DNA of 62,685 nucleotides from positions 1 through 62,685 of the forward strand of contig JABCTC010000022.1 in the NCBI GenBank assembly GCA_018238545.1, in the 5' to 3' direction. The stretch comes from Candidatus Heimdallarchaeota archaeon (lineage in GTDB: Archaea > Asgardarchaeota > Heimdallarchaeia > Heimdallarchaeales > Heimdallarchaeaceae). Below are positions 30,052-39,768 of the stretch, piece after piece. A program made the position numbers and the translations under genes. Numbering within the stretch: the first letter of the stretch is position 1; each line of letters begins with the position of its first letter. The notes beneath the pieces were generated by a model. It had not been told where the DNA came from. It ran no database searches and saw only the letters and a list, made by a program, of their open reading frames with translations.

Positions 30052-30075
30052 TATAAACTAAAATTTTAGTTTATA
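30052..30075. repeat. Perfect 24-bp palindrome between convergent genes
   Basis: TATAAACTAAAATTTTAGTTTATA. Confidence 0.7.
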
Positions 30076-30126
30076 CTAGAATCACTAGAAATTACTGAAA
30101 TTGACAATATCAAGTTCAATTTTGTC

Positions 30127-30750
30127 TTATAAATGATTAGTCTCATTGAATCCTATTATTTTGTATTTTCCATCAGGGTTCAGTTGTATGTGAGTAATGG
30201 AACAAGGTTTGACGAAAAAGCTATAGAATTGCGAAGGATCGGTTCTTGTCAAATAAACAAATATTAAGTTAATCACAGCTCCATGACTGACTAATGCGAC
30301 ATTTTTCTCTTCTTGTTTTTGTAATCGCTTGAATAAACGATGGATCCTGTCTAGAACTTGGTAGAAGGTTTCACCATTTGGGATAATAAAATCATTAGGG
30401 TCTTTGAACCAACGTTTCTCTTCTTCAGGTGTAAAAACTTCTTTTACTCTCTGCCCTTGCCAATCACCAAATGACATATCAAAAAGATAGGGTTCTTCAG
30501 AAAAATTCGCTTTTGGTTGATGTTCCTTAATCTTCTCAGCAGTTTCCTTCGCTCTTGAAAGTTTGCTATAATATATAACATCTATAGGTATGTTAGCTAA
30601 AGCCTTCCCTGTCTCTATAGCGTGATTGACGCCTAATTCGGATAAGGGAACATCCATCTGACCCCTAAAGCGCACTTCTCCTACATTGAATTTAGTTTCG
30701 CCATGTCTAATGATGTAAATATCCATAGTAACCTGAACCTCTAAAGACAT
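30127..30750 (-). CDS. Histidine phosphatase (phosphoglycerate mutase-like)
   Basis: IIRHGET, SKLSRA, FGDWQG, NGET, VSHG, NETNHL. Confidence 0.93.
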   Translation of the reverse strand: MSLEVQVTMDIYIIRHGETKFNVGEVRFRGQMDVPLSELGVNHAIETGKALANIPIDVIYYSKLSRAKETAEKIKEHQPKANFSEEPYLFDMSFGDWQGQRVKEVFTPEEEKRWFKDPNDFIIPNGETFYQVLDRIHRLFKRLQKQEEKNVALVSHGAVINLIFVYLTRTDPSQFYSFFVKPCSITHIQLNPDGKYKIIGFNETNHL

Positions 30751-30838
30751 GTTGGAATAAAAACCATTTGTATTATTGAAAATCTATTCCTCTTAAAAAC
30801 TTAGAAAAACTTAGAAAAAAAAAGGTAAGGGATAGACC

Positions 30839-31900
30839 TTATCTCTTAGATTTCTTTCGGAAGAGAACTGTTAAACCAGTTACTGTTAAAATTGCTACTG
30901 CGGAAATGATAAGCATTTCATTTGAACCTACAGCACTTCTTTGTAATTGAAGGACGTTAGATATGCCTACCTTTGGATCATGTATGATTTCTGTTCCTCT
31001 TGGATAGCTTAGATACATTCTGTTTTCTCCTTCGCTAAACTCAATAGGTGTAGCATTAACAACTTGTTCTACACCATCAACCATTGCGGTTTCAATCCAG
31101 GAGAAGAACCCTATGAAATCACCTGCTGCAATCTCAACTTCTTGCTCATTATCTGCGTAGTTATATTCTTCGTCTTCAGTCTCATCATCATGTTCATAAT
31201 CAACTTCAAACTCAGATTCAAACTTCACCTTAAGTGCAAGAACTGAATCAAGTTCAGTATAATTAAAATTGTGAATTCCAAAGTCTATTTTTAATTGAGT
31301 AGGGGCTACCAGGGTATCATTGACCATAGTAAATTCAGTGGTTACATAAACAGTAGCTGTGAACACTTCATCAACTGTCTCTATTGAAAAAATGTGTACA
31401 GTATCATTTGAGATTATTTCTGTCGTATATACAATTGGTTTGAATTCATCGAGTTTAAGTATTTTTACTACTTGATCAATAGAATCATTATAGAAACCAT
31501 CAGCTGAAGTATCAATAAATTCAATTATTTCTGAAAATACTACTTTGTACTCAATCTCAGTTTCTAATGTTTCATTATCTACTTCAAATTCAAATTTAAT
31601 CTTTAAACCTTCGTCCTCAGTATGGATTTTGACTTGGAATTCATTGCTTACACCGTCTGTTTGGAGAGAAGATTCGATGTAAACCTCATTATCGCTAATT
31701 TCAATCTCGAGTTTGCGCCTGTTTTCATCTTCATCGTGGTCTGAAATACCATCATCATCTTCGTCTTCATCAATGTCGTCGTTACTGTCTCCTAAAACAG
31801 GAGTATATAGAAAAGACGAGATCACTATTATGGCCAAGAGGCCACCCAGCATTAGTTTTTGCTTATTCATTTGTCTTGCTTTCAACTTGTTAAACTCCAT
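30839..31900 (-). CDS. Acidic surface protein, paralog 1
   Basis: Signal peptide, D/E tracts, EFIDTSADGFY, YPRGTEIIHDPK, C-terminal TM plus basic tail; clear paralog of 32957-34030. Confidence 0.8.
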   Translation of the reverse strand: MEFNKLKARQMNKQKLMLGGLLAIIVISSFLYTPVLGDSNDDIDEDEDDDGISDHDEDENRRKLEIEISDNEVYIESSLQTDGVSNEFQVKIHTEDEGLKIKFEFEVDNETLETEIEYKVVFSEIIEFIDTSADGFYNDSIDQVVKILKLDEFKPIVYTTEIISNDTVHIFSIETVDEVFTATVYVTTEFTMVNDTLVAPTQLKIDFGIHNFNYTELDSVLALKVKFESEFEVDYEHDDETEDEEYNYADNEQEVEIAAGDFIGFFSWIETAMVDGVEQVVNATPIEFSEGENRMYLSYPRGTEIIHDPKVGISNVLQLQRSAVGSNEMLIISAVAILTVTGLTVLFRKKSKR

Positions 31901-32108
31901 TTTTTACTAATCAACATAGGATTTTGCTCGAATAAATAGCTGAGCTTATTCCGAATTGTAGTTTTTGACTATCTTTGACTGTAACATTTGCTACAGAAGT
32001 GTGTAAGTTCAGCGTAAATGTCCCCCTAACCTCACATTTCTCATTATAATCGTTGATATTGTTGTTAGAATCTATTAGAAAAGAGACATATAGTACACTG
32101 ATAATCAT

Positions 32109-32939
32109 TTGATAATGCAAGAAGATTTGAACAAAGAATGGATGGATAATTACGAAGTTTCATATTCTAAATATAAAATCGAATGGGATGAGCATTATGC
32201 AAAAGTTAGATTATTTATTCTTTCTTCCTTACCAAGAATTGTTTCAAATTGGGGTTTTATTGGAGTTACAAGTACGGTCCCTGAAATCAGTTTAGAAATG
32301 CTCAACAGCGTTGAAAAATTGACTTTTTTGGATATTTACAAAGATGGAATGTATCGCGCAAGAAAGTTTTTGGGGAAGCAATACAATTTCTCTGGAATTG
32401 ATATTAGAAAATTCGATTCTACACATGGGTTTGTGGAACATATTCTTTCAGAATTTAGTCAATATGATGATGGGGTTATCGAAAGAGAATATCTTTTAAA
32501 AACATTGAATAGGATGTGCATACCAGAAGTAAATTACAAGGAAGCTCAATATGATTTTATCACCCATTTAGGGCTAATGGATTGCTATCTCATGCCTGTT
32601 TACACTCTTTATTGTAATAAATTCAAAGAGCAATACGAAGAATTTTTCACTATAATGAAGAAGCTGAATGATCAAGCTTTAGCTGTTTCTCTCTCCCTTC
32701 TTCATCAAATGCTTAGTTATGATGGTAAGTTAGTTATATCCACTCCTGTTAGCCGAATGCCAGAAGGAAATGACTGCGAAGTTTCATTGTTCTGGAAGCG
32801 ACCGTTTGAATTACATCTGGACGATGCTGGATTTGATATAGTTGGGAAAACAGAGCATATCTGGAAGGAGATTCCCGAAAAAAATGGACACTCACATAAC
32901 ATTCTAAATGTTCTTTGTGTGAAGAAAGAAAATGAATGA
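32109..32939 (+). CDS. Hypothetical protein, possible degenerate SAM-methyltransferase fold
   Basis: YDFITHLG and LHQMLSYDGKLVIST resemble class I MTase strands; no clear GxGxG. Confidence 0.5.
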   Translation: MIMQEDLNKEWMDNYEVSYSKYKIEWDEHYAKVRLFILSSLPRIVSNWGFIGVTSTVPEISLEMLNSVEKLTFLDIYKDGMYRARKFLGKQYNFSGIDIRKFDSTHGFVEHILSEFSQYDDGVIEREYLLKTLNRMCIPEVNYKEAQYDFITHLGLMDCYLMPVYTLYCNKFKEQYEEFFTIMKKLNDQALAVSLSLLHQMLSYDGKLVISTPVSRMPEGNDCEVSLFWKRPFELHLDDAGFDIVGKTEHIWKEIPEKNGHSHNILNVLCVKKENE

Positions 32940-32956
32940 AAAAAACAAGCGATTTT

Positions 32957-34030
32957 CTATCTCTTTCGCGTGATCAATACTACTACGATAATCACTCCAA
33001 TAACAGCTGCTGACACGATTAACAGATCATAGCTTGTGATATCAGATAATTCTAGCCAAGGTGTGCCCGCGAAAAGATTAGTAGTAAAATCTAACAGTAT
33101 GTTTGCTATGCCTATCTTTGGATCATGTATGATCTCATTCCCCCGAGGATAGTTCAGATATAATTTTGTTTCTTCTTCATCTGTAGTTAATGGTGTTGCA
33201 TTGACTGGAAAGTTTACACCGTCTACCGTGACATTTTCTATCCAGCTGAAAAAACCACTATACTCACCTAGAGATATATCTATCTCGCTTTCATCAGTAG
33301 CTCTCCCGTCTTCCTCATCTTCCGTTTCATCGTCCTCTTCGTACTCTACATCCACCTCTGAATCTAATGTGATTTTAAGTGCTAGAACTGATTCTGGTTC
33401 GTCAAAACCAAAACCATGTATGCCAACATCTATTTTAATTTGAGTAGGGGCAATTAGAATTCCATTTACCAATGCAAATTCACTAGAGAAGTAAACTCCT
33501 GCAGAAAATACTCCATCTGTACTAACTATGCTCAGATGATGCACCAAGTTATTTGATATATTTTCAATCGTATAAACTATATCATTAAAATCATTTAGTT
33601 CAACCTGTTGTACGAGAGTATCAGTTGTATCATTATAGAATCCATCTTCATTTAGATCAACATACTCGATGATTTCTGGAATCTCGACTGAAAACTCTAT
33701 CTCAAAATCTGAAACATCACTTTCATTGTCAAAAGAAAATTCGAATATTAACCCTTCACTTTCAGCTTTCATGTGAATACTTATTTCATTTTGAATATCA
33801 CTGTAGTTTTGGTGTGATTCTATTTGTGCTTCTGTTCCTGATACTTCTACAGTGACCCCTCTCTTATTCTCTTCTTCCTCATCATCATGAACTCCATCAT
33901 CGTCCTCATCATCTTCTTCTTCTTCGTCACCGTTTGCGGTAGCTGGATTAATTAAGAAAGAAGATAACACTAATAGTGTAAGTATTCCTCCTAGTAACAT
34001 CTTATTTCTAACAACCCGCTTGAATTTCAT
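32957..34030 (-). CDS. Acidic surface protein, paralog 2
   Basis: Signal peptide, D/E tracts, EYVDLNEDGFY, YPRGNEIIHDPK, C-terminal TM plus RKR. Confidence 0.8.
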   Translation of the reverse strand: MKFKRVVRNKMLLGGILTLLVLSSFLINPATANGDEEEEDDEDDDGVHDDEEEENKRGVTVEVSGTEAQIESHQNYSDIQNEISIHMKAESEGLIFEFSFDNESDVSDFEIEFSVEIPEIIEYVDLNEDGFYNDTTDTLVQQVELNDFNDIVYTIENISNNLVHHLSIVSTDGVFSAGVYFSSEFALVNGILIAPTQIKIDVGIHGFGFDEPESVLALKITLDSEVDVEYEEDDETEDEEDGRATDESEIDISLGEYSGFFSWIENVTVDGVNFPVNATPLTTDEEETKLYLNYPRGNEIIHDPKIGIANILLDFTTNLFAGTPWLELSDITSYDLLIVSAAVIGVIIVVVLITRKR

Positions 34031-34211
34031 TTTCTTATCACCATTTTCAACTATGTTATACTATCTAATAATTCATTAAATAATTCAATTTACACTCAAT
34101 TATTGTTTCTAATACTCTTTTAAGTAGATTCTCTTATATCTTAATGTAGTTTTTATTACATACTTCTGTAAGTTTTGATTATTATGCACTCTAGTGTTAT
34201 TCCTCGGTATT

Positions 34212-35048
34212 TTAGCTCAACATCACAAAAATTAGGACAAAAACTTGAATGTAGATCACAACTAATGATATAATCACAGATTTCTCTTTTGATAATTCTT
34301 TTAGTGATCCTATTGCTGTTGTCAAAACCAAGAAAGACCATATCTGAAAGATTCCATGTAATATTAATAGAACAAAGGGAGGTACAACAATTGTCGTTCC
34401 TGTTGACAATCCAATCAACCAAGACACTAAGATGAATAGGAAAGCAGGAACGAAAACTAGCCAGGATACACCAAATATTCTAATTGTGTTTCTTCTCTTC
34501 TTGTAAACAAATCTTGAAAGAATTTCAGTCAATCCTGCAGTGAACAACCAACTAGCTATCATTAGAACATAAACCAACCATAAACTAGCTTCAAAATTAG
34601 CCACAAAATTACCTAAGATAATTATTCCATAGGCTGATGCAAGATATCCAAAAACCGCAACTAGAATAAAGAACTCTATGAAGATGTGATAAGGATTCTT
34701 CACAAAGAATTTGATAAGAGGTTCTAATGAGAACTTCCCAATACTGAAAACCTTCGGTTTTTCATCATTTATGATACCATGAGGTTTAGGCTCTTCTTCT
34801 CCCTTCAACATAGCCAAGGCTTTTTTCCCTTCATCTGTCAAACAATATTTCTTGTTCTCTCTTTGATAAACAAACTTCTTAATTCGTCGAAGGTGATGAT
34901 ATAGTGGTCCTGATTTCAGTTCAAATTTCGCTGTCAACATTGTATATGTTGCTTCTCCTTCCTCTTCTATATATTCCAACATTTGACGTCTAATAGGATG
35001 CGAAAAAGCTGCGAACATCTCTGCTTTTTGGTTTATATCATCCGTCAT
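34212..35048 (-). CDS. ArsR-type wHTH fused to a 5-TM domain
   Basis: FAAFSHPIRRQML...SGPLYHHL...YCLTDEG followed by TM segments. Confidence 0.85.
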   Translation of the reverse strand: MTDDINQKAEMFAAFSHPIRRQMLEYIEEEGEATYTMLTAKFELKSGPLYHHLRRIKKFVYQRENKKYCLTDEGKKALAMLKGEEEPKPHGIINDEKPKVFSIGKFSLEPLIKFFVKNPYHIFIEFFILVAVFGYLASAYGIIILGNFVANFEASLWLVYVLMIASWLFTAGLTEILSRFVYKKRRNTIRIFGVSWLVFVPAFLFILVSWLIGLSTGTTIVVPPFVLLILHGIFQIWSFLVLTTAIGSLKELSKEKSVIISLVVIYIQVFVLIFVMLS

Positions 35049-35109
35049 ATGTTTGCCACATAGATATGCTACTAAAACTACTATTTAGATGTTGCTAAAT
35101 TTCAAGAAA

Positions 35110-35430
35110 CTACAGATAACTGTCCAATCCAAGCCTTTCTAGTTCTTCTTTATTTGGATAACCTGTATCAAAATTATAGTTTCTATATTCGCACCATTCT
35201 CGAAGTTGAAGTTTTAGATCAGGTGTATTCCCTTCTGTTGGACCTTCCAATCTGTTTTTCATTACTCTTGGAAACCTCTGTAATCCTGGTTTCCATTCAA
35301 GTTTTAGGTTTATTAGACGCTTAAGCCCATATATCCTATCCCCCAGTTCTATAATCTTTTCAGCATTTATTTCTTCATTCATTGCCATACCTAATAGTTC
35401 TCCAACCATGGGGACAGATTTACCATATAA
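35110..35430 (-). pseudogene. C-terminal fragment of aldehyde:ferredoxin oxidoreductase
   Basis: GDRIYGLKRLINL...EYRNYNFDTGYPNKEELERLGL matches the AOR C-terminus (GERIYNLERLFN...RGWD..G.P...L..LGL); the rest of the enzyme is absent. Confidence 0.75.
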
Positions 35431-35497
35431 TGGAGTAAGGTTTTGTGAAACAAATGATTTATTAGAACTGAGTGTATATTTAATATGAGTAAAGATC

Positions 35498-36277
35498 ATG
35501 ACACAATTACTTGGAATAAACACTCAAGAAGAACTTAATGTTTCCTTCTCCTTTCGAATGCCTTCAAGTTTTGAAGAAAAAACTCCAGATGGGTGGGGTT
35601 ACGCCTTCTATCATGGAACTGAATGGCAATCCTTCAAGGAATCTTTAGACATGGATAAAATCCTCAGATTAGGTGTGAAAACAATGAGTTCTCACGAATT
35701 CATCTGTAAGACATTTATGTCACACATTCGTTATGCAACACTGGGTAAGGCAACATACGATAATACCCATCCTTTTGACAGAGATCTTTTTGATTCAAGT
35801 TGGTTCTTTGCTCACCACGGCCATCTTCGATTGTATCGGCACATAGTCAATTCTATGGAACTTATAAAACCAGTAGGTGACACTGATTCTGAAACAGCTT
35901 TTTGTATCATTTTGGAAGAAATAAGAAAGTATGGCAGACTTCCAAGTGATAAAGATCTTGCTATAACCATTCTAAAGACGGCCAAGGAACTCTCTAAACA
36001 AGGCGGATTAAACTTCCTTATATCCAATGGTGAAATGCTTCATGCTTTCTATTCTGGATACAAGTCAATGTTTTATACAACTATTCGACCACCATTTGAG
36101 GATCAAATTATTAGTCAGAATGATCAGTTAAAAATAGTCCTAAAAACACAAAATATTCAAACTCCTATAAGTATAATCACAACTGATCCTCTCTTTGAAG
36201 AATTTGACTGGAAAGAATTTGAAGTAGGAACTCTTTACAGTTTCAAAAACGGACAAAGAATAAAGTTTGTTTATTAA
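35498..36277 (+). CDS. Class II glutamine amidotransferase-like Ntn protein (YafJ/EgtC family) with Thr at the nucleophile position
   Basis: PDGWGYA, SHIRYAT, NTHPF, FAHHGHL, GDTDSE, LNFLISNG; N-terminus MTQLLG. Confidence 0.88.
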   Translation: MTQLLGINTQEELNVSFSFRMPSSFEEKTPDGWGYAFYHGTEWQSFKESLDMDKILRLGVKTMSSHEFICKTFMSHIRYATLGKATYDNTHPFDRDLFDSSWFFAHHGHLRLYRHIVNSMELIKPVGDTDSETAFCIILEEIRKYGRLPSDKDLAITILKTAKELSKQGGLNFLISNGEMLHAFYSGYKSMFYTTIRPPFEDQIISQNDQLKIVLKTQNIQTPISIITTDPLFEEFDWKEFEVGTLYSFKNGQRIKFVY

Positions 36278-36305
36278 ACAAAAAAAAGAAAAAAACAGAA
36301 AAAAA

Positions 36306-37370
36306 TTAACCTTTTTGTGAGAAACCTGTTGCCTCAAGTTGAATGATTTTTCTCAATTCATTAATTGCCTCAAATAGGTTTCCAATTGCAAATATCCAAG
36401 ATCCAATGGTTACATACAACTGTATGTCTGCACCACTAAATATGCTCTCCAGAGTTGTTATTATGATGTCTGGATTATATTGCAACTGTAGCATTAATGG
36501 TATAAACAAACAGCTTGCTGCAATATGCAGAACCATCATTACTTGATGAATTCGTAGATTGTCACCTGCTAGAGCTTGGCCAAATCTGAATGCACCTTGT
36601 GCTAGAATTAGACCACCAATTAATCTTAACCATTGCACAAATGCTTCTGGTTCTACTACGTAATCTATTATAGCTGGTAGGGTAGCAATTGGATACAGAA
36701 GTAAGAAGAAACCACCTGATATTGCTAGAATCCCCATAAAAATGTAACTTCCTTGGCTTTCAAGTACTCCTTTCCTCTTTGCTTTTTTCTCAGCTTTTCT
36801 CTCTACTTTTGCCAATCTTACCTCTGGTTTTTCAATTGTTATGTCTAGTGTTCCCTTCTCGGCTGCCATCTTCTTCAAATCTTCTGGTAGGAACCCATTC
36901 ATTGAAAGCTGAACAAATAATATTGTTACGCCTACAAATCCAAATACTATTCCTGTTGTTGCGCCAGTGAAGAACTCTCCAACTACCTGCCATGCAGTAT
37001 TCTCGCCACCAAATGAGAATGCCATGGTAAGTAAATGTCCGAATATGATTACCGAGGATATAATTATAATTGATTTATAATACCATGGAAATAATTCTTC
37101 TGTAATGTAAATCTTGGGTGTTCCTCTTCTTCCGTACTCTTTGGCTATTTCTCTAGGTGATCCCATCAGTGCTATAGCTTCTCTTACATGCAAAGATGTA
37201 ATAGTTCCACCTTGAGCTAATTCTTCTGCTTTATCCCAGATATGACTCTCTAATTCCTCTAGAACATCTTTTCGTTCTGTTGAACTTGTCTTAATCCATA
37301 TTGGTAATTTCTTAACTACCTGTTCTTTGAACTCCTTTACTAGAGTTTCTTGTTCATGTATATTACTCAT
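36306..37370 (-). CDS. Membrane protein with N-terminal HAAS domain
   Basis: DVLEELESHIWD...EAIALMGSPREIAKEY followed by about 6 TM segments; downstream of PadR. Confidence 0.8.
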   Translation of the reverse strand: MSNIHEQETLVKEFKEQVVKKLPIWIKTSSTERKDVLEELESHIWDKAEELAQGGTITSLHVREAIALMGSPREIAKEYGRRGTPKIYITEELFPWYYKSIIIISSVIIFGHLLTMAFSFGGENTAWQVVGEFFTGATTGIVFGFVGVTILFVQLSMNGFLPEDLKKMAAEKGTLDITIEKPEVRLAKVERKAEKKAKRKGVLESQGSYIFMGILAISGGFFLLLYPIATLPAIIDYVVEPEAFVQWLRLIGGLILAQGAFRFGQALAGDNLRIHQVMMVLHIAASCLFIPLMLQLQYNPDIIITTLESIFSGADIQLYVTIGSWIFAIGNLFEAINELRKIIQLEATGFSQKG

Positions 37371-37380
37371 TTTCATAACC

Positions 37381-37884
37381 TCACTTTGCCAATCCTTCAA
37401 TATTTAATCCACATATGTTGCAAAATCTGTACTCTTCATCAGTAACATCGATTTTATTCGCACAATTGGGACAATAGATGAAGTGTTTCTCCGGCAGTTT
37501 TACTTCTATTTCAATTAAGGAAGCAATTGCTTCTAATAATTTTGAAAAGAAGCCTGCCATATGATCGTTAAGTTTTACTCCTTCCTCTGTTAGTTTATAA
37601 TACTTGCGAGGACGCCCACCTGAATGTTTTTTTTCAGATGATAACATTCCATCTCTTTCAAGTTTTCTTAATATTGGATATAGAGTGCCTTCTTCGATCA
37701 CTAACATTCTTTGTGTTTCTTCTTGAAGCTCTTTGAGAAGCTGATAACCATAAATTCCTTCTTCTGGGTGTTTGCTTATAATCGATAAAGTCGATAAAGT
37801 TGATATCCCTCGAAGTAACTCCGATTCAAAACTCTCAATATACGATCGATACTGTTCTGTTCCGATCATCGCTTCAGGTCTCAT
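37381..37884 (-). CDS. PadR family regulator with C-terminal zinc ribbon
   Basis: YGYQL, EGTLYPILRKLE, RKYYKLTEEG, CPNC...CNICG. Confidence 0.92.
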   Translation of the reverse strand: MRPEAMIGTEQYRSYIESFESELLRGISTLSTLSIISKHPEEGIYGYQLLKELQEETQRMLVIEEGTLYPILRKLERDGMLSSEKKHSGGRPRKYYKLTEEGVKLNDHMAGFFSKLLEAIASLIEIEVKLPEKHFIYCPNCANKIDVTDEEYRFCNICGLNIEGLAK

Positions 37885-37960
37885 TGTTTTTATGTTTCTG
37901 AACAAATTTTTCCACCATCACATTGTTCTTTTTTAGTATTCGTGTTATACTTTTCCACCA

Positions 37961-37981
37961 ATACTATATCACATATAGTAT
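37961..37981. promoter_or_regulatory. Inverted-repeat operator at the padR promoter
   Basis: ATACTATAT-CAC-ATATAGTAT, immediately downstream of the minus-strand TTTATAAA box (37988-37995). Confidence 0.6.
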
Positions 37982-38054
37982 GGGACATTTATAAAGCTTC
38001 CTTAACGAGCTTAAAATCAAAATAATGCGACGAATAATTCCTAGAGTTAACAAA

Positions 38055-38699
38055 TCACGGGTAACATAATTCCCAGGTTGGATGAAAACTATGGATCATT
38101 TCCATGATCTCATCATAACCTTCTTCAGAAAAATATTTCTCAACGCAACTTCTTTCATTATTCTCTATGACGTCAAAATGAATGTGAGCTCCTTCACCAA
38201 CGTATAAGAATCTAGCAATTTCTTGTCCAATTTCAACCCAATCTCCCACTTGAACACTAAACATTGATAGTTGTTGATTCTTATCTTCTTCATTCTGTGT
38301 CCAAGGTTCAAAATTATAACCAATTTGAATGTCTTTGTTGAACCTAACCCATATTCTTGCATAAAATCTATTTTCGGTTCCTTCTCCATTGTCTCTCCAT
38401 TCTATATCTTCAACTTGTCCTGGAGCAGCTGCAAGAACTTTGGAGTTATTTATTAGAAAATAATCAATTCCTTCATGGATAAAACCCCAAGGGCAGTTTA
38501 TTGAGGAACTGTAACCCTCATTAAAGGCATAGATTTCTGAACGATTATCATAAACGACATTCATGAAATCAAGTTCAACATCATCATAAAGATCATTATT
38601 ATCGAAGAATAAACTGTCCCATTGAATGTAAAGATATACTCCACCAAAGCCTACAGAAAGGACTATGACAATGATTAGTATAGTCTTGAACTTATCCAT
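38055..38699 (-). CDS. Membrane-anchored M23-like metallopeptidase
   Basis: N-terminal TM, HEGID (HxxxD), VLAAAPGQV, VQVGDWVEIGQEI, HIHFD (HxH). Confidence 0.75.
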   Translation of the reverse strand: MDKFKTILIIVIVLSVGFGGVYLYIQWDSLFFDNNDLYDDVELDFMNVVYDNRSEIYAFNEGYSSSINCPWGFIHEGIDYFLINNSKVLAAAPGQVEDIEWRDNGEGTENRFYARIWVRFNKDIQIGYNFEPWTQNEEDKNQQLSMFSVQVGDWVEIGQEIARFLYVGEGAHIHFDVIENNERSCVEKYFSEEGYDEIMEMIHSFHPTWELCYP

Positions 38700-38772
38700 A
38701 TCTTTGAAATTACTTCTAGAGTTAAAAGCTTTAAGGAAAAAAATAGAAAAAGAGAAGTAAGTTCAATATCAA

Positions 38773-39654
38773 CTACAATTTTTTCTCAAAGCTTTCAGAG
38801 GTTGCTTGAATTTCAAATCCAAGTTGTTGATATATTTCTAGAGTTGGTAAAAGGTTTCCAAATAATGCTACCTGGAGTCTTTTAGCTTCTTTCTCTTTAC
38901 AAATCTCAGCTACTTTAGATAACAGTATCTTCTGGTATTGTTGATCCGTTGAGTAGAAATAACCTAGTTGTTTTCTATCTTCTTCTTGTGTATTAGCCAT
39001 ATATGTACGAGCAACAATCTTTCCTTCATCTCTTAAAACTAGATGAGCAATGACACCTTCATGAGTGTCAATCAGCTCGAAATTTTGTTCAGCTTGTTCT
39101 TCTGTCATTTGTAGATCTCGAACGAAAATCTCCTTCAATTCTTCAAGATCTGTCTCTTTATTGTAGGGTTTTACTTCTTGAGAGCCTTCAACTGTTTCTA
39201 GTTTATCTACAGAAATTTCCAAGACTTTACCTGTAGTGGCTATTTTTTCAAAACCATATTCTATGGCTTTCTGAGGGAAATCTCCCCAAGTATCAGTAAT
39301 ATTTGCTCGAATAACTTGTACTTCCTTTTCTTTGAGAACCTTAACTATCTCCTTAAAAAGCAAATCAAAGGCTTCATTGTGACCTGGTAAACTTAATGGG
39401 AACCTTATGCTTGCAACTTTTATTCCATCCTCCCCTACTGGAAGAATTTGTGAAGTTACAAAACTCACCATCTTGTCATCTTTGAAGCAGTAAAGTCTTG
39501 TATCTGGATCAAAAGTTTCTTGGGAATAGGCTTGTTTTAAACCTTCTGCATCTGTTTGACCAAAATAGTTCCAATCTTTTGAAGCTTCAGAACCAATTTT
39601 AGCTTGAGTTTCGATATATTCTTCTTTATATTTTTCAATTTTGTAATGAGGCAT
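38773..39654 (-). CDS. Tandem GNAT-fold protein
   Basis: Two internally similar halves ending AIEYGFEK and IYQQLGFE. Confidence 0.7.
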   Translation of the reverse strand: MPHYKIEKYKEEYIETQAKIGSEASKDWNYFGQTDAEGLKQAYSQETFDPDTRLYCFKDDKMVSFVTSQILPVGEDGIKVASIRFPLSLPGHNEAFDLLFKEIVKVLKEKEVQVIRANITDTWGDFPQKAIEYGFEKIATTGKVLEISVDKLETVEGSQEVKPYNKETDLEELKEIFVRDLQMTEEQAEQNFELIDTHEGVIAHLVLRDEGKIVARTYMANTQEEDRKQLGYFYSTDQQYQKILLSKVAEICKEKEAKRLQVALFGNLLPTLEIYQQLGFEIQATSESFEKKL

Positions 39655-39768
39655 AACCTAGCATTTACTGGGACAATTATAAATTCTACTACTTCTCGAA
39701 TTTTCCTTTAATCTACCATTGGAAAGCATTAAAAAAGGATAGTAGTAATTTGAATTAACTCCAATGGG

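Noticed and set aside
30796-30819. AAAACTTAGA tandem duplication
   Set aside because: A two-unit slippage within an oligo-T terminator region.
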